Below, one piece after another: positions 50,804-60,808 of a stretch of 64,000 nucleotides of DNA. The number at the start of each line of letters is the position of its first letter. The first letter of the stretch is position 1. Source of the DNA: an uncultured Bacteroidales bacterium. Lineage in GTDB: Bacteria > Bacteroidota > Bacteroidia > Bacteroidales > Bacteroidaceae. The notes beneath the pieces are model-generated. The model saw only the letters and a list, made by a program, of their open reading frames with translations, had not been told where the DNA came from and made no database searches. The stretch spans positions 33,264 through 97,263 of the forward strand of contig CALZJF010000002.1 of NCBI GenBank assembly GCA_945787885.1. Reading direction: 5' to 3'. Both the position numbers and the translations under genes were made by a program.

Positions 50804-53581
50804 TCAGTTAGGTTGTTCGATGGGATTCCAGGCATCTGCCTCGGCACCCGGACTATCGGGGAGCAAGGTGGGATAGCGATGCTGATAGCCCACGGTGTTC
50901 GACTCGAAGTGCATACGGCACGGATGATTGGCACCGCGGTTGGCGTTGTACCAGCGAATGGCATAGTTCATGGCGTGCCAAGGCGCGAGGCCATAGTAGT
51001 TTTTCCAGTCAGCAAGGTTGATGAGCGTTGACATCTCTACATCGTGGGTGAGAAAGTCATTCTTCGCCCGCAGGATGTCGGTGTTTCTGCCGCGGATGTA
51101 CTCGAGCAGGGAGTAGTCGTCGGGCGTTGTGCCTACGGCGTTGGCTTGGGGGGAGAGCTCCGTGTCATAGAAATTGCACATGAACGTCCTGAAGGATGGG
51201 AGTGCGGAGCAGTTGCGCGTGCTCTTCTGAGTGGCGAGGGAGATTTGGGGCTTGAAGACGGGGGTGGCATTGGCATCCGCGCCGATGAGGGCTCCGCCGC
51301 TGATGCCCCGGGCAGCCTGCATGCAGCCGAACATGTTCAGGCTGCTGGCAGTGCCGACGAGGGCTCCGCCGGCATCGCCGACATGGATGCAACCGACGAC
51401 GTATGACGTGCCGACCACGCCATCCTCCATCTGCATCACCGTGGCTATGCTGCTGCCGCTGCTGGGAGCGAGGAGCGAAATGCCCGCGATGTAGGTGGGA
51501 TTGACGGCTGTATGCAGGAGCGCAGTGGGATGGGTGCTCTCGATGCAAAGGTTCGTGATGGAGGCTCCTTCCATAGCGCGCCCATTGACATAGCCAAAGA
51601 GCTGCTCATTGCGCATATAGACATTGCTCAGCGTATGCCCTTGCCCATCGAATTTGCCCATGAAGGGAGTGGCGGCGGAGCTGCCGATGCTCTCCAGAGC
51701 CCAGTCGCTGAGGTCGAGATTGGCATTGAGCTTGACCTGAAAGTTCATGCGGAGGTCGTCGTCGTAGAAGGGGAAGGGGCCGCGCAGATAGTCGCGCTCG
51801 GTGTATGCGGCACGGTCGGCGTTGGCAGGATAGTAGCGGTCGTAGAAGATGTAGCCTTCCTGCTCGGCTTCTTCCTCTGTCACCCATTCAGGGTTCTTCT
51901 GATCGTTCGTGCGCGACCATCCGTAGGTGGCGGGTTCGCGGATGACCTGCCCGCCGACGATGGTCTCCGTGTAGGTCTTGACGAGGCGATAGAGGCCGGA
52001 GGTGCGCGTGGCGGCAGTGCCATTGACGAGGTTGATGAACTCCAGAAACTCCTTTTCGCTGGAAATCTCAAAGACGGGGTTGTAATCGCGCATGCCGGCG
52101 GCGGCGATGGCATCGGCGATGGCCTTCTTCCACCATTGATAGTAATCGGCATCGCCGGGGGTGGAGACGGGGCGTTCCACGATGGCAGACTCCAAATCCT
52201 GACTGCCGGCATCCTGCTCCGTCCACGAAAGGTTCTTATCGACTACGACGTAGAAGGCATTGTAGCGATAGCCGACGGTGAACGTATAGCTGACGCCGAC
52301 TTCCATCTTCAGGCCGTTGGGGAACATCTTGATGGGATTGCCATTGGCATCGGCGATGGTGTCGCCCTTCTCATCGCGCTTGACGACATCGTCGAGCGAG
52401 AAGATATGGTAGGTGCCCTCCACCTTGCCAATTTCGCTGTTCATTTCGTCGCCGTCATTGACGTCGTAAAGATAAACGCGGAAGCGGGTGTAGGGAGGCA
52501 ATACGAAAAGATTGCCCTTCTCTGAGCAATTGCACATATCGTAGGGGATGGTGATGAAATAATGACCACCATTGATGCCGCAGAAGAAGGGGCGTTTGGC
52601 TTTCGTCTCTACTTCTTCCGTGGTGCAGGCTCCGAAATTCAGGAAGCACTGGTCGGGCTGCTCTTCGAGCCGCCGGACTTGGTCGTCGCTGAAGTGATTC
52701 CAATACGTGGTATCTACGGCTTTGAGCGTACCATTGTCAATATTTACTCCGGCGGGCATACACATTCGGCGATAGACCTGCGTGACGGCCTCGCACTCCC
52801 TCTGTGCCTGCTCATCGGTCTTGCCCGCCTCGGTGGAGGCATTGTCGTTTTCGGTCGTATCGTGGTTGTCGGGATATTTATAATCCTTCCATCCGTCCGG
52901 CCGACTGGAGCCGTCGGGCCTGATGTTGGCGCAGATTTCAACTCGCTGGATAGCATTGCCGCTGGCCTTGACTTTGAAGCAGATGCGCGCGCCCTGATGG
53001 TTGAGCACGAGAGGGATGCCCTCGGTCGGGCCAGAGGCGTTCACCCAGTCGGCAATGCAGAAGTCGGGATAGAAATAACTTTTGCTGGCATTGCGCAGGG
53101 AGTTGTTGAAGTTGCTCTGGCTCCATGCCCTGAAGCGCAGTGAGCGGCCGTTGTCCCAAGTGAGGGAGTCGGAGGCTTTCTGTGTGAAGGCTTCGTAAGT
53201 GCCATTGCGGTCGAGGTCGTCATAGCCCTTCCGCCCGGCTTCGGGAAGCCAGTCGGTGCCGAGATTGATATTGCCCGCAGCATAGCGGTGCATGAGATAA
53301 TAGGTGCGGTAGGCTGTATTCGCCTCCCATCCCGTGCCGTCCGTCTTCAGGTAATTGCGATAAATGCGCATACGGTCGTTCTGGTTGAACGAACCATTGT
53401 CGTTGCTGGTATAACTGGTAGCGCGCGTGGAGAATTGGTCGGCAATGGAGGGGTTGAAATTGACCGCACGGCCCAACAATGCCTGCTGTTGTTCGGGCAA
53501 ATGCCATTCATCCTGCTGACAAGCCGTGACGACGGTTGCCAGCAGGATGAGAAAGACAGTATGTAATAATTTCTGCAGCAT
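50804..53581 (-). CDS. Type V pilin lipoprotein with C-terminal GLUG-like adhesin domain
   Basis: Lipobox VVTA-C, FSTRAT, LVLNHQGARICF, FMGKFDGQGHTLSNV. Confidence 0.72.
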   Translation of the reverse strand: MLQKLLHTVFLILLATVVTACQQDEWHLPEQQQALLGRAVNFNPSIADQFSTRATSYTSNDNGSFNQNDRMRIYRNYLKTDGTGWEANTAYRTYYLMHRYAAGNINLGTDWLPEAGRKGYDDLDRNGTYEAFTQKASDSLTWDNGRSLRFRAWSQSNFNNSLRNASKSYFYPDFCIADWVNASGPTEGIPLVLNHQGARICFKVKASGNAIQRVEICANIRPDGSSRPDGWKDYKYPDNHDTTENDNASTEAGKTDEQAQRECEAVTQVYRRMCMPAGVNIDNGTLKAVDTTYWNHFSDDQVRRLEEQPDQCFLNFGACTTEEVETKAKRPFFCGINGGHYFITIPYDMCNCSEKGNLFVLPPYTRFRVYLYDVNDGDEMNSEIGKVEGTYHIFSLDDVVKRDEKGDTIADANGNPIKMFPNGLKMEVGVSYTFTVGYRYNAFYVVVDKNLSWTEQDAGSQDLESAIVERPVSTPGDADYYQWWKKAIADAIAAAGMRDYNPVFEISSEKEFLEFINLVNGTAATRTSGLYRLVKTYTETIVGGQVIREPATYGWSRTNDQKNPEWVTEEEAEQEGYIFYDRYYPANADRAAYTERDYLRGPFPFYDDDLRMNFQVKLNANLDLSDWALESIGSSAATPFMGKFDGQGHTLSNVYMRNEQLFGYVNGRAMEGASITNLCIESTHPTALLHTAVNPTYIAGISLLAPSSGSSIATVMQMEDGVVGTSYVVGCIHVGDAGGALVGTASSLNMFGCMQAARGISGGALIGADANATPVFKPQISLATQKSTRNCSALPSFRTFMCNFYDTELSPQANAVGTTPDDYSLLEYIRGRNTDILRAKNDFLTHDVEMSTLINLADWKNYYGLAPWHAMNYAIRWYNANRGANHPCRMHFESNTVGYQHRYPTLLPDSPGAEADAWNPIEQPN

Positions 53582-53625
53582 GGGGATATGGTGTAGCACC
53601 TTTTACTTTGGCTGTATCTTCAATT

Positions 53626-56268
53626 TTATTTATAGACGGGCATGGCGGGACGATGGTCGGACACGGGCTGATCAGTGTTTTCCTTGCAATTCTCCACATT
53701 GCCCGTAATCGTTCCATCACCGAACAGCTTGGCACCCTTGACTGTGAGATTGAGCACCTCTGCGCGCCAGCCAGTCCGTGTAGCATCGTCCTTATAAGGA
53801 ATCCAATAATCCCCTTCTTTATGGACGTTGGCTTCATACTCTCCCGTATAATTAGGCGTAGTCTCCTGCTTCGTGGAGTAAATGCCATTGAGTCCGGCAA
53901 AAAGTGCAGTGCCGGAAGTGTGAGGGATGATGATGTAGAACACCGACGGCTTGACATAGAGCTTAAAAGAACCTGGGGCATCGGGTACATAATACTCACC
54001 TGCCATGACTTGCGCCAATGTGGGATGACGCTGGATGTATTCATCCCGGGCTGGAGTTTTGACGGTAGCGGTGGTAGCCTTAACGGAAGAGGGAAGAACC
54101 ACATAGTCATGGCTCGCCTCTCGGGAGCCTGCGCCCACATAGTACTCTGTTCCTGTGCCGCCCTCTATGGGACGAGTGAGGAGCGTACGTTTGTCGTACG
54201 TCTTGCCACCTATGGTATAGAGGTCGGCATCTGTATAATTGACAGATTGGAGCGTGGTTTTGACATAGGAAACGCCATTGACGGTGGCCAGCTCATCTTC
54301 CGCATAATAGACTGCGGGATGATGCACCTTCTCATACAACGATTCAGGAAGGGCGAACTGCGCGGTGACGACGTTGGATATACCCTCCGGCTTTGTGGTA
54401 TAGAGCGGAACTTGCTGCTCATAGAGGGCATAGTTCGTGGTCTCCTGATATTCCTTCCATTCCTCGCCCGTATGCGTCAGAGTAATAGTGTGATACTGAA
54501 GGTCGTCCTGCCCGAAGGCATCGAGGTGCCCCGTGAAGACGAAAGTATCCGGGAGCAGGCGGGCATCAATCTCCATGTCGAGACTGAGGTTGAAATAGTC
54601 GCCGTGGTGCGCTCCCCCCTCGTGGGCTTCGGAGAAATATTTAATCCAGGTTTTCTCGCTGAGGTATTGCCCCGTGGCATCATCTTCGCCCGTCGTGCCT
54701 TCATCGTAAAAGCCACCATCCGTCACCTTGTCGCCACCATCATTGACATACGAGTCCTTGCGGCGCGTATAGGCGCGCTGCCACGAGCTGCCGGCAATGG
54801 AGAGTTTATTGCCGTTCTTGTTATCGACACCGTAGTACCAGTCGGTGGAAGTGGTCTCTTCCCACTTCTCCGAACCCGAGGTATTGTAGTCGATGCCTTC
54901 GCGGGAGATATGCAGATACACGATGGTCTCATAGTTGGCATCGAGGTCGAACACGAACTCCTTTTCGTAGGTCAGCCCGTTCTCAAGAGTGACGAGGAAG
55001 TCTATCTTGTTCTTCCTGCCGGCTATCTTCTGCCGTTCGGTTTCATCATTGTAGCCCGCCTCGTCGTACATCACATTGTCGTAGGAGGTATAGGTGGGAC
55101 GCACGATGAGGTCATAGATGGGCACTTCGCTGAACACCATCCGCTCATAGCCCTTGTCAGCAACGGCCTTGTTGCCGGCAGCGACGGCATCGACTTCACT
55201 CTTGCCGCCACTGATGGCTTTGTTGTAGGCATTGAGATAAATGGCGTTGATGGCAGAATAGCCTTGGCTTTTGGGGTAGAATGATTCCTTTTTGCCGATG
55301 TAGGCCACGATTTGGGATTCTTCGCCATAGAAATGCGGCACCACCTTTCTCACCTTCTCAGCCCACGTAGGTGTGAGGGTGTGGAGCTGCGTCGCGCCGT
55401 CATAGACATCCTTCACGCCGGCGAGGACATCTACGTTGCAGAAACGAATGGAGGAGGAGTTGGGGTCATCGCCCTGCACCACGCCATCTATCTCTACCGA
55501 CTTCGCATAGCCCTTGATGGTGGTTTCGAGAGTGGGGTCGATGAGGATGTATGCCAACACATGGGCAAGGCGATGGCGGAAGGGGAGGATAATGCGGGAG
55601 ACAGTGGCGGAGATGTGGGTGTTGGCAGGCATTCCGAGGTAGTGGGAGAGGAGGGTGTAGTTGCCCAATGCGCCGTCGTCGCCGACGCTGACATCGCCGC
55701 TTTGGTTGGTGGTCAGATGTTCCACCTTCGTGACCGTGGTGTTCGAGCCATTGACGAGGGTGCGATCTTGCTCAAGCTCAGTCACAACGTTGGTATAACG
55801 AATGCGGTTCGGCACGAGCACTCCCTCGAAATAATGAGCACCATTGTCCATCCAGCGCGCCTTCTCCGTCGTTTCCGTACCGTCGGCAGCACGATAGTTG
55901 AAGGTATAGACGGCATATCCGCTGTTGGGGTTGGTGTCGTAGAAATCATCGTTTGACGTTCCGCCCTGCAACTTCAGGATTGCCTCTCGCTTCGTAGCCG
56001 GTTTGCCCACCTTTCCATACGTGATGTCCAGCCCTTTCTTGAGGGGCTGTATCAGCCAGGCCACTTGCTCGGCAGGCATCGTCTCGCCCGCCGCACGGCT
56101 TTGCGGTGCTGCCTCTTCCGCTATCAGCATGTCAGCAGCATCCACGCCAATCTCGATAGGACTGCCCACGCCCTCATCGCCGAAGGCCCAGACGGAGTCT
56201 TCGGTGCAGGAAGGAAGAAGAGTGAGGACGGCGGATGTCCAGACGAGAAGGGGAATATACAGGCGCAT
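53626..56268 (-). CDS. Type V pilin lipoprotein with C-terminal extension (alternative start 56286)
   Basis: Lipobox LLPS-C, QSRAA, LPFRHRLAHVLAYI, internal SEKWEE. Confidence 0.7.
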   Translation of the reverse strand: MRLYIPLLVWTSAVLTLLPSCTEDSVWAFGDEGVGSPIEIGVDAADMLIAEEAAPQSRAAGETMPAEQVAWLIQPLKKGLDITYGKVGKPATKREAILKLQGGTSNDDFYDTNPNSGYAVYTFNYRAADGTETTEKARWMDNGAHYFEGVLVPNRIRYTNVVTELEQDRTLVNGSNTTVTKVEHLTTNQSGDVSVGDDGALGNYTLLSHYLGMPANTHISATVSRIILPFRHRLAHVLAYILIDPTLETTIKGYAKSVEIDGVVQGDDPNSSSIRFCNVDVLAGVKDVYDGATQLHTLTPTWAEKVRKVVPHFYGEESQIVAYIGKKESFYPKSQGYSAINAIYLNAYNKAISGGKSEVDAVAAGNKAVADKGYERMVFSEVPIYDLIVRPTYTSYDNVMYDEAGYNDETERQKIAGRKNKIDFLVTLENGLTYEKEFVFDLDANYETIVYLHISREGIDYNTSGSEKWEETTSTDWYYGVDNKNGNKLSIAGSSWQRAYTRRKDSYVNDGGDKVTDGGFYDEGTTGEDDATGQYLSEKTWIKYFSEAHEGGAHHGDYFNLSLDMEIDARLLPDTFVFTGHLDAFGQDDLQYHTITLTHTGEEWKEYQETTNYALYEQQVPLYTTKPEGISNVVTAQFALPESLYEKVHHPAVYYAEDELATVNGVSYVKTTLQSVNYTDADLYTIGGKTYDKRTLLTRPIEGGTGTEYYVGAGSREASHDYVVLPSSVKATTATVKTPARDEYIQRHPTLAQVMAGEYYVPDAPGSFKLYVKPSVFYIIIPHTSGTALFAGLNGIYSTKQETTPNYTGEYEANVHKEGDYWIPYKDDATRTGWRAEVLNLTVKGAKLFGDGTITGNVENCKENTDQPVSDHRPAMPVYK

Positions 56269-56275
56269 AAGTTTG

Positions 56276-59200
56276 TTAGAAATCATTATCGTAGTCAGGC
56301 ATCACACTATTGCGTTTGCCAATCACTTTCTCTTCACTGAGCCCTTCAGCCCACGTGTGTGCGCCGACGGCATCGAGCTGCCACCAGTTACCGACACTGG
56401 GATTGTCAGCGTCCATACCATTTTTCACGGTATTGATAGAGGAGGAAGAGGCGTAGCAAGTATAGGCGATGATGGCGGCTTTTGAAGATTTGTCGGTGCT
56501 CTCGGCCGTCGCCCGCACCGCGCTGAACCAGCTCGTGCAGTCAGCAATCTGCAGACAGGGGTCTTCTGCCCCCTTGGGGACCGTGCCGCCGACGATGCCG
56601 CCATAGTAATTATTGACAGACCCCTTGGCAGCAGTAGAATTTGCAGCGCCGGAGACGGCATCGGCAGTATTGCCGAGATAGACGCTCTCAAGGATTTTGG
56701 CTCTTGCAGCGCAGGCAACGATGCCGCCGGCATAGTGCTTGGCCTGCGTACCGAGGGTTTCGGGCATCCACATCCTGACGGGCACTTTCACCTTGCAGTT
56801 GGCGACGGTGGCACCGCCGTATGCCCAGACCACGAGTCCAGCAGCCGTGGCGGCCTGGACGTTGATGTCCGCCGTGGCGGCCTTCACCTGGATATTGCTG
56901 AGCCTGCCCTTCGTGCCATAGACGGCATACGCCAGGGGGGCGATGGCGTCTTCGGCGGAATATTCGTTGCTGCTGTTCACCGAGGGCTTTGCCACCAGGG
57001 AGTGTTCGAGCAGGAGGGTGAGGTCCTTGATTTCGCCCAGCACATAGTTGAAGAGCATGGGGGCTGTGGTGTATTGCGTGGCGTCGCCTTCCGCCGGCCC
57101 CTTGCCCGTGGTGGTTTCCACCGTTTTGGGGTCGGTCGTACTGCTGCGCAGGGTGATGGTCTTGCCGTTGCCGTCGAGGTTGAAGCGGACGTTGTTCGCG
57201 GCATTGAGGTCGTCGGCCACGACTTTGCCGAACGGCCAGTCAGTGCCGGGGGTTGCCGTGCTTTCTACCGCGAAACTCTGGGAGATGCGGTAGTGCTTGT
57301 CCGCAACATTGTAGCCGCTACTCATGATTTGCTTCAGGTCTTCCTGACAGTCGATGACGGCATTGAATTTCGGCCCGGCGTAGGCATTGGGATTCGTCTG
57401 GTCGTTCTCGTCTGCAGGGTTGCAACGGTTGAGGGCAACCGTCGGCCAGGCGTTGGAATAGGCCCGCAGGGCAGAGGCAGTGGCAAAGATATTCTTGAAG
57501 CGGTTGGCCTCCTGCCGGACGGTGATGCCGTATTCGAATGTATTGGAGGAAACACGTCCGCCGGCATAGCCCACGATTCCGCCTCCCATCACTGTGCTTT
57601 CGCCATTCACGGCGGCATTGACGGTGCATCCGTCAATGACAGCCATCGACGTTTCGTCCTTGCTGACGGAGACAGCGGCCAAGCCGCCTATGTAGTTCTT
57701 ATAGGTATGCCCGTCTTCTGCCGTGATGTCGCATCCCTCATCGCCCCATACGGGGAGCGTGGAGGAACACTGGTAAATCGTGCCATGATTCAGCCCGACG
57801 AAGGCGGCGACGGTGGCTTTCGCCGTCGTCCCTTCATGGGCGACGCTGACATTCACGCGCTCTATCGTGCCATCGTTCTGCCCCGCCACTACGTAAGGCA
57901 CCGTGGTGCCGTCAGGGACGAGGATGGTGCCATTGGCGAGGTTGCCCGACGAGGAGATTTTCCGGAAGAGTTGATGCGATGTGGAGAGCTGGCATCCCGC
58001 CAGGTTGAGGGTGGCATTCAGGTCGTAGTCTGTTGTCCAGTCATCGGGAAAATCGAGGGGCAGTTTCGGAGGCTGTATGATGCCCACACTGCCTTGGCAG
58101 TTCTTCTTGGGGTCGCTCAGAAAGTCTATGAGTGCCTCGCGGCTGGCGATGACGATGGGGTCGCCGTTCTGCCCGTAGTCGTCGCAGATGGTGCTGGTGG
58201 CCACCTCCGTCCAGTCTTCTATCCACGCCGTGATGAGAATCTTCCGGCTTTCGCGCGAGAGGGTGACCTCGATGGTCAGATGTTTCCCTGCTTCGAGGTT
58301 ATAGGCTTCATCGGCAGCTGCCTGCTCTTCAGTCGTACCATTGACATAGCGCTGGTCGTTGGAGGCATAGAAGGAGAAGTGCTGGGTGGAGAGATTGATT
58401 TTGGCAATGATGTCCTCGTCCTTCCGTTCGGCATAGTTGTGCGGCATGACGATGGCGTCATAGCGCGTCGAACTGACGCCCGTCTGTTCGGGGCCGTTCT
58501 TGTCGGCAGGATAATCGATGAGCACCTCCTTAGCCCAAGGCTGATTGATGGTGATGGCCTCCTGCTCGTCCTGCTCGTAACTGCTGATGGCCATCTTGAT
58601 GTTGCTCGCAGCGTTCTGAAAGTTCAGGGCTTCGCGCTGCACGCCCTCGCCAGCGCGGAGGATGACGGTGATCCATGCCCGCTGATGACGCATGAAGAGG
58701 GGAATCTTCTTATATGCCTCCGTGTCCATCAGCGAGGGGCCGAGCCATGCCTGATTGGCTTTGTACCACTCCTTGCTTGTCATGGAGAGCATCTCGTCAG
58801 GACTATTGCCCGTTCCGGCATCGGCATCCCAGATGGGCAGATAGGAATGCCCCGCGAGGTGGTCCATGGCGAGCCATTTCTCCTGACTGCCTTGGTCGGC
58901 GGAGAGGGGGGCGGCGTTGGCAACGGCTTTGAAGCCCCACTGATTGACATTGTCTTGCCAATAGAGGGGCGTGGCGTTCTCCTCCACTTTCAGGGTGCCG
59001 TCGTAGCCGGCTATGGGATTCTCCTCGCCGGTGGTCTGCGTGGGGCGATAGGTGCTGCTGCCTTGGGGGGAATCTTCCCCTTGGCGATACATTTCGATGG
59101 TGAAATGATAGTCGTGACTGACGGGCTTGAATGAATCCACGCGCTGCTGCCATTCTTCCTTCGTCGTGCGCAGTGCGCGGCTGTCGTCGGGCACGAGCGT

Positions 59201-59329
59201 GGTGAAGGCGATGGGGCTCCCCTCCTCTATCGCATCGTCGCCGCCGAGCCACGTCCAGTCGTCGCCGTGGCAACCCGCGAGGGGCAACAGCGTCAGGAAG
59301 AGCAGAAGATGAGGGAGAAAACGTTTCAA
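56276..59329 (-). CDS. Type V pilin lipoprotein with C-terminal beta-helix/GLUG-like adhesin; TTG start
   Basis: Lipobox PLAG-C, ALRTT, LFMRHQRAWITVIL, internal WIEDW, FNLDGNGKTI. Confidence 0.72.
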   Translation of the reverse strand: MKRFLPHLLLFLTLLPLAGCHGDDWTWLGGDDAIEEGSPIAFTTLVPDDSRALRTTKEEWQQRVDSFKPVSHDYHFTIEMYRQGEDSPQGSSTYRPTQTTGEENPIAGYDGTLKVEENATPLYWQDNVNQWGFKAVANAAPLSADQGSQEKWLAMDHLAGHSYLPIWDADAGTGNSPDEMLSMTSKEWYKANQAWLGPSLMDTEAYKKIPLFMRHQRAWITVILRAGEGVQREALNFQNAASNIKMAISSYEQDEQEAITINQPWAKEVLIDYPADKNGPEQTGVSSTRYDAIVMPHNYAERKDEDIIAKINLSTQHFSFYASNDQRYVNGTTEEQAAADEAYNLEAGKHLTIEVTLSRESRKILITAWIEDWTEVATSTICDDYGQNGDPIVIASREALIDFLSDPKKNCQGSVGIIQPPKLPLDFPDDWTTDYDLNATLNLAGCQLSTSHQLFRKISSSGNLANGTILVPDGTTVPYVVAGQNDGTIERVNVSVAHEGTTAKATVAAFVGLNHGTIYQCSSTLPVWGDEGCDITAEDGHTYKNYIGGLAAVSVSKDETSMAVIDGCTVNAAVNGESTVMGGGIVGYAGGRVSSNTFEYGITVRQEANRFKNIFATASALRAYSNAWPTVALNRCNPADENDQTNPNAYAGPKFNAVIDCQEDLKQIMSSGYNVADKHYRISQSFAVESTATPGTDWPFGKVVADDLNAANNVRFNLDGNGKTITLRSSTTDPKTVETTTGKGPAEGDATQYTTAPMLFNYVLGEIKDLTLLLEHSLVAKPSVNSSNEYSAEDAIAPLAYAVYGTKGRLSNIQVKAATADINVQAATAAGLVVWAYGGATVANCKVKVPVRMWMPETLGTQAKHYAGGIVACAARAKILESVYLGNTADAVSGAANSTAAKGSVNNYYGGIVGGTVPKGAEDPCLQIADCTSWFSAVRATAESTDKSSKAAIIAYTCYASSSSINTVKNGMDADNPSVGNWWQLDAVGAHTWAEGLSEEKVIGKRNSVMPDYDNDF

Positions 59330-59348
59330 GATGGAGAAGGATTTGGGG

Positions 59349-60644
59349 TTAATTGTCGATGGTGCCATCGGTCTTGTATTCGAGTTCGCTGGCAGGCACT
59401 ATCCAGTCAGAAATCTCCGTGCGGATGATGGCAAGCGTTCCGCGGCGAAGCTCGATGTTCCAGATATATTTGTAGCCGCTTCGGAGGTTTTTCAGGTTTT
59501 CGTCGGCGACGACGTAGGTGACCTCATGGAGAATCGAGGTCGATGCCTCCTTCCAGGTGATGCGGATGGCCTGAAGTTGGCCGAAGGCGATGGCATTGTA
59601 TGCCTTGAGATAACCCGTGGGGTAGCCCCAGTTCTTGTCAGCTCCAGCCTCGCTGTCAAGCATGTCGAACATTTCAAAGGAGGTGCCGTAGGGGTTTCGC
59701 TGCAGCTCTGAGTCGGGGAACTGCGAGATATCCACGGTCTTGTAGGTCGTTGTCGCCAGCTCGCCCTGCGCATTGATTTGCGTGAAGACGTAGGCGGTGT
59801 CGGTGATGCCGAGGAGCTCCACTTTCTGAATGTCGTCCTTGGAGAGAACGACGGAGAGGTCGGCAGAACCCTTGATGTTCACCTGAATTTGGCTGAACTG
59901 GTGCTTGAAATAGAGGTTCACGCGGTTGGCACTCTGCGTAGCACCGAGGGGTGACTGTATGGTGAGGGCTTGGCAAATGTCGGGCTGATCGGTGATGCGC
60001 TCTATCGTCTGCTCTGCTCCGTGGGAGTCGCGGCGCGGGGCGCGCGTGAGATTGAAGGCGTTGGCACGTATTTCTCCCAGCGAAACATCGGCGGGCTCGA
60101 ATTTCAAGCCGTTGGAGCCCTTCGCGTCAGTACCGACGATGGTCGTGGCGTGGTTGAGGTCGGTCCAGGCGAGGAAGGCGTGCGGCCGGCGGTTCTGCCA
60201 GTAGAAGCAGGTGGCACTGTCGTCGTTGCCATAACTGTCATACTGCGTAGGCTCGGCGTATGCCCGGTTCCAATAGAGCGAATTGCCCATCGTGCCGCTC
60301 ACCTTCATCCAAGTCGTGATGTCTGTGCCGTTCGCCACGTCGAAGTCTTTCACGGCAGTGTCGGCAGAGGCGATGTAGTACATTCGGCAGACGAAACGGT
60401 GGGCATCGGGCATATAGTAGGTGGCACCGGGGGTGATGTTGGTGCCTTCCCGGGCTTCTCCGGCGCGCGTTCCCACCTGATTGGACGTTGTTCCGGCGGC
60501 GAACTGCACCATTTCGCCCTGCATCGGATGGAAATCGTCAGGACATCCGTCGGACGACGCTGCATCCACACAGCCGGCGAGCAGTAACAAAGCTGCTACT
60601 GCTACACAGACGGACAGGGAGACATGTGGGAGGAGATTTTTCAA
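59349..60644 (-). CDS. Type V pilin (single Mfa-like domain, C-terminal donor strand); TTG start
   Basis: Lipobox LLAG-C, VGTRAG, LYFKHQFSQIQVNI, C-terminal TEISDW. Confidence 0.75.
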   Translation of the reverse strand: MKNLLPHVSLSVCVAVAALLLLAGCVDAASSDGCPDDFHPMQGEMVQFAAGTTSNQVGTRAGEAREGTNITPGATYYMPDAHRFVCRMYYIASADTAVKDFDVANGTDITTWMKVSGTMGNSLYWNRAYAEPTQYDSYGNDDSATCFYWQNRRPHAFLAWTDLNHATTIVGTDAKGSNGLKFEPADVSLGEIRANAFNLTRAPRRDSHGAEQTIERITDQPDICQALTIQSPLGATQSANRVNLYFKHQFSQIQVNIKGSADLSVVLSKDDIQKVELLGITDTAYVFTQINAQGELATTTYKTVDISQFPDSELQRNPYGTSFEMFDMLDSEAGADKNWGYPTGYLKAYNAIAFGQLQAIRITWKEASTSILHEVTYVVADENLKNLRSGYKYIWNIELRRGTLAIIRTEISDWIVPASELEYKTDGTIDN

Positions 60645-60711
60645 GATAGGTTTTCTATGGAAAGAATAGGGGAAATGGGGGCTGTATATGCACATCACGC
60701 TCAGGACGCAC

Positions 60712-60797
60712 CACTTTTGGGGGTCAAACAAATCACTTTGAGGGGGCGAAATGACCACTCTGAGGGGCGAAAATGACCACTTGGGAGGGAAAAACAC
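60712..60797. repeat. 22-bp periodic array inside the pilin locus
   Basis: CACTTTTGGGGGTCAAACAAAT / CACTTTGAGGGGGCGAAATGAC / CACTCTGAGGGGCGAAAATGAC. Confidence 0.75.
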
Positions 60798-60808
60798 ATG
60801 CGCCGCGG

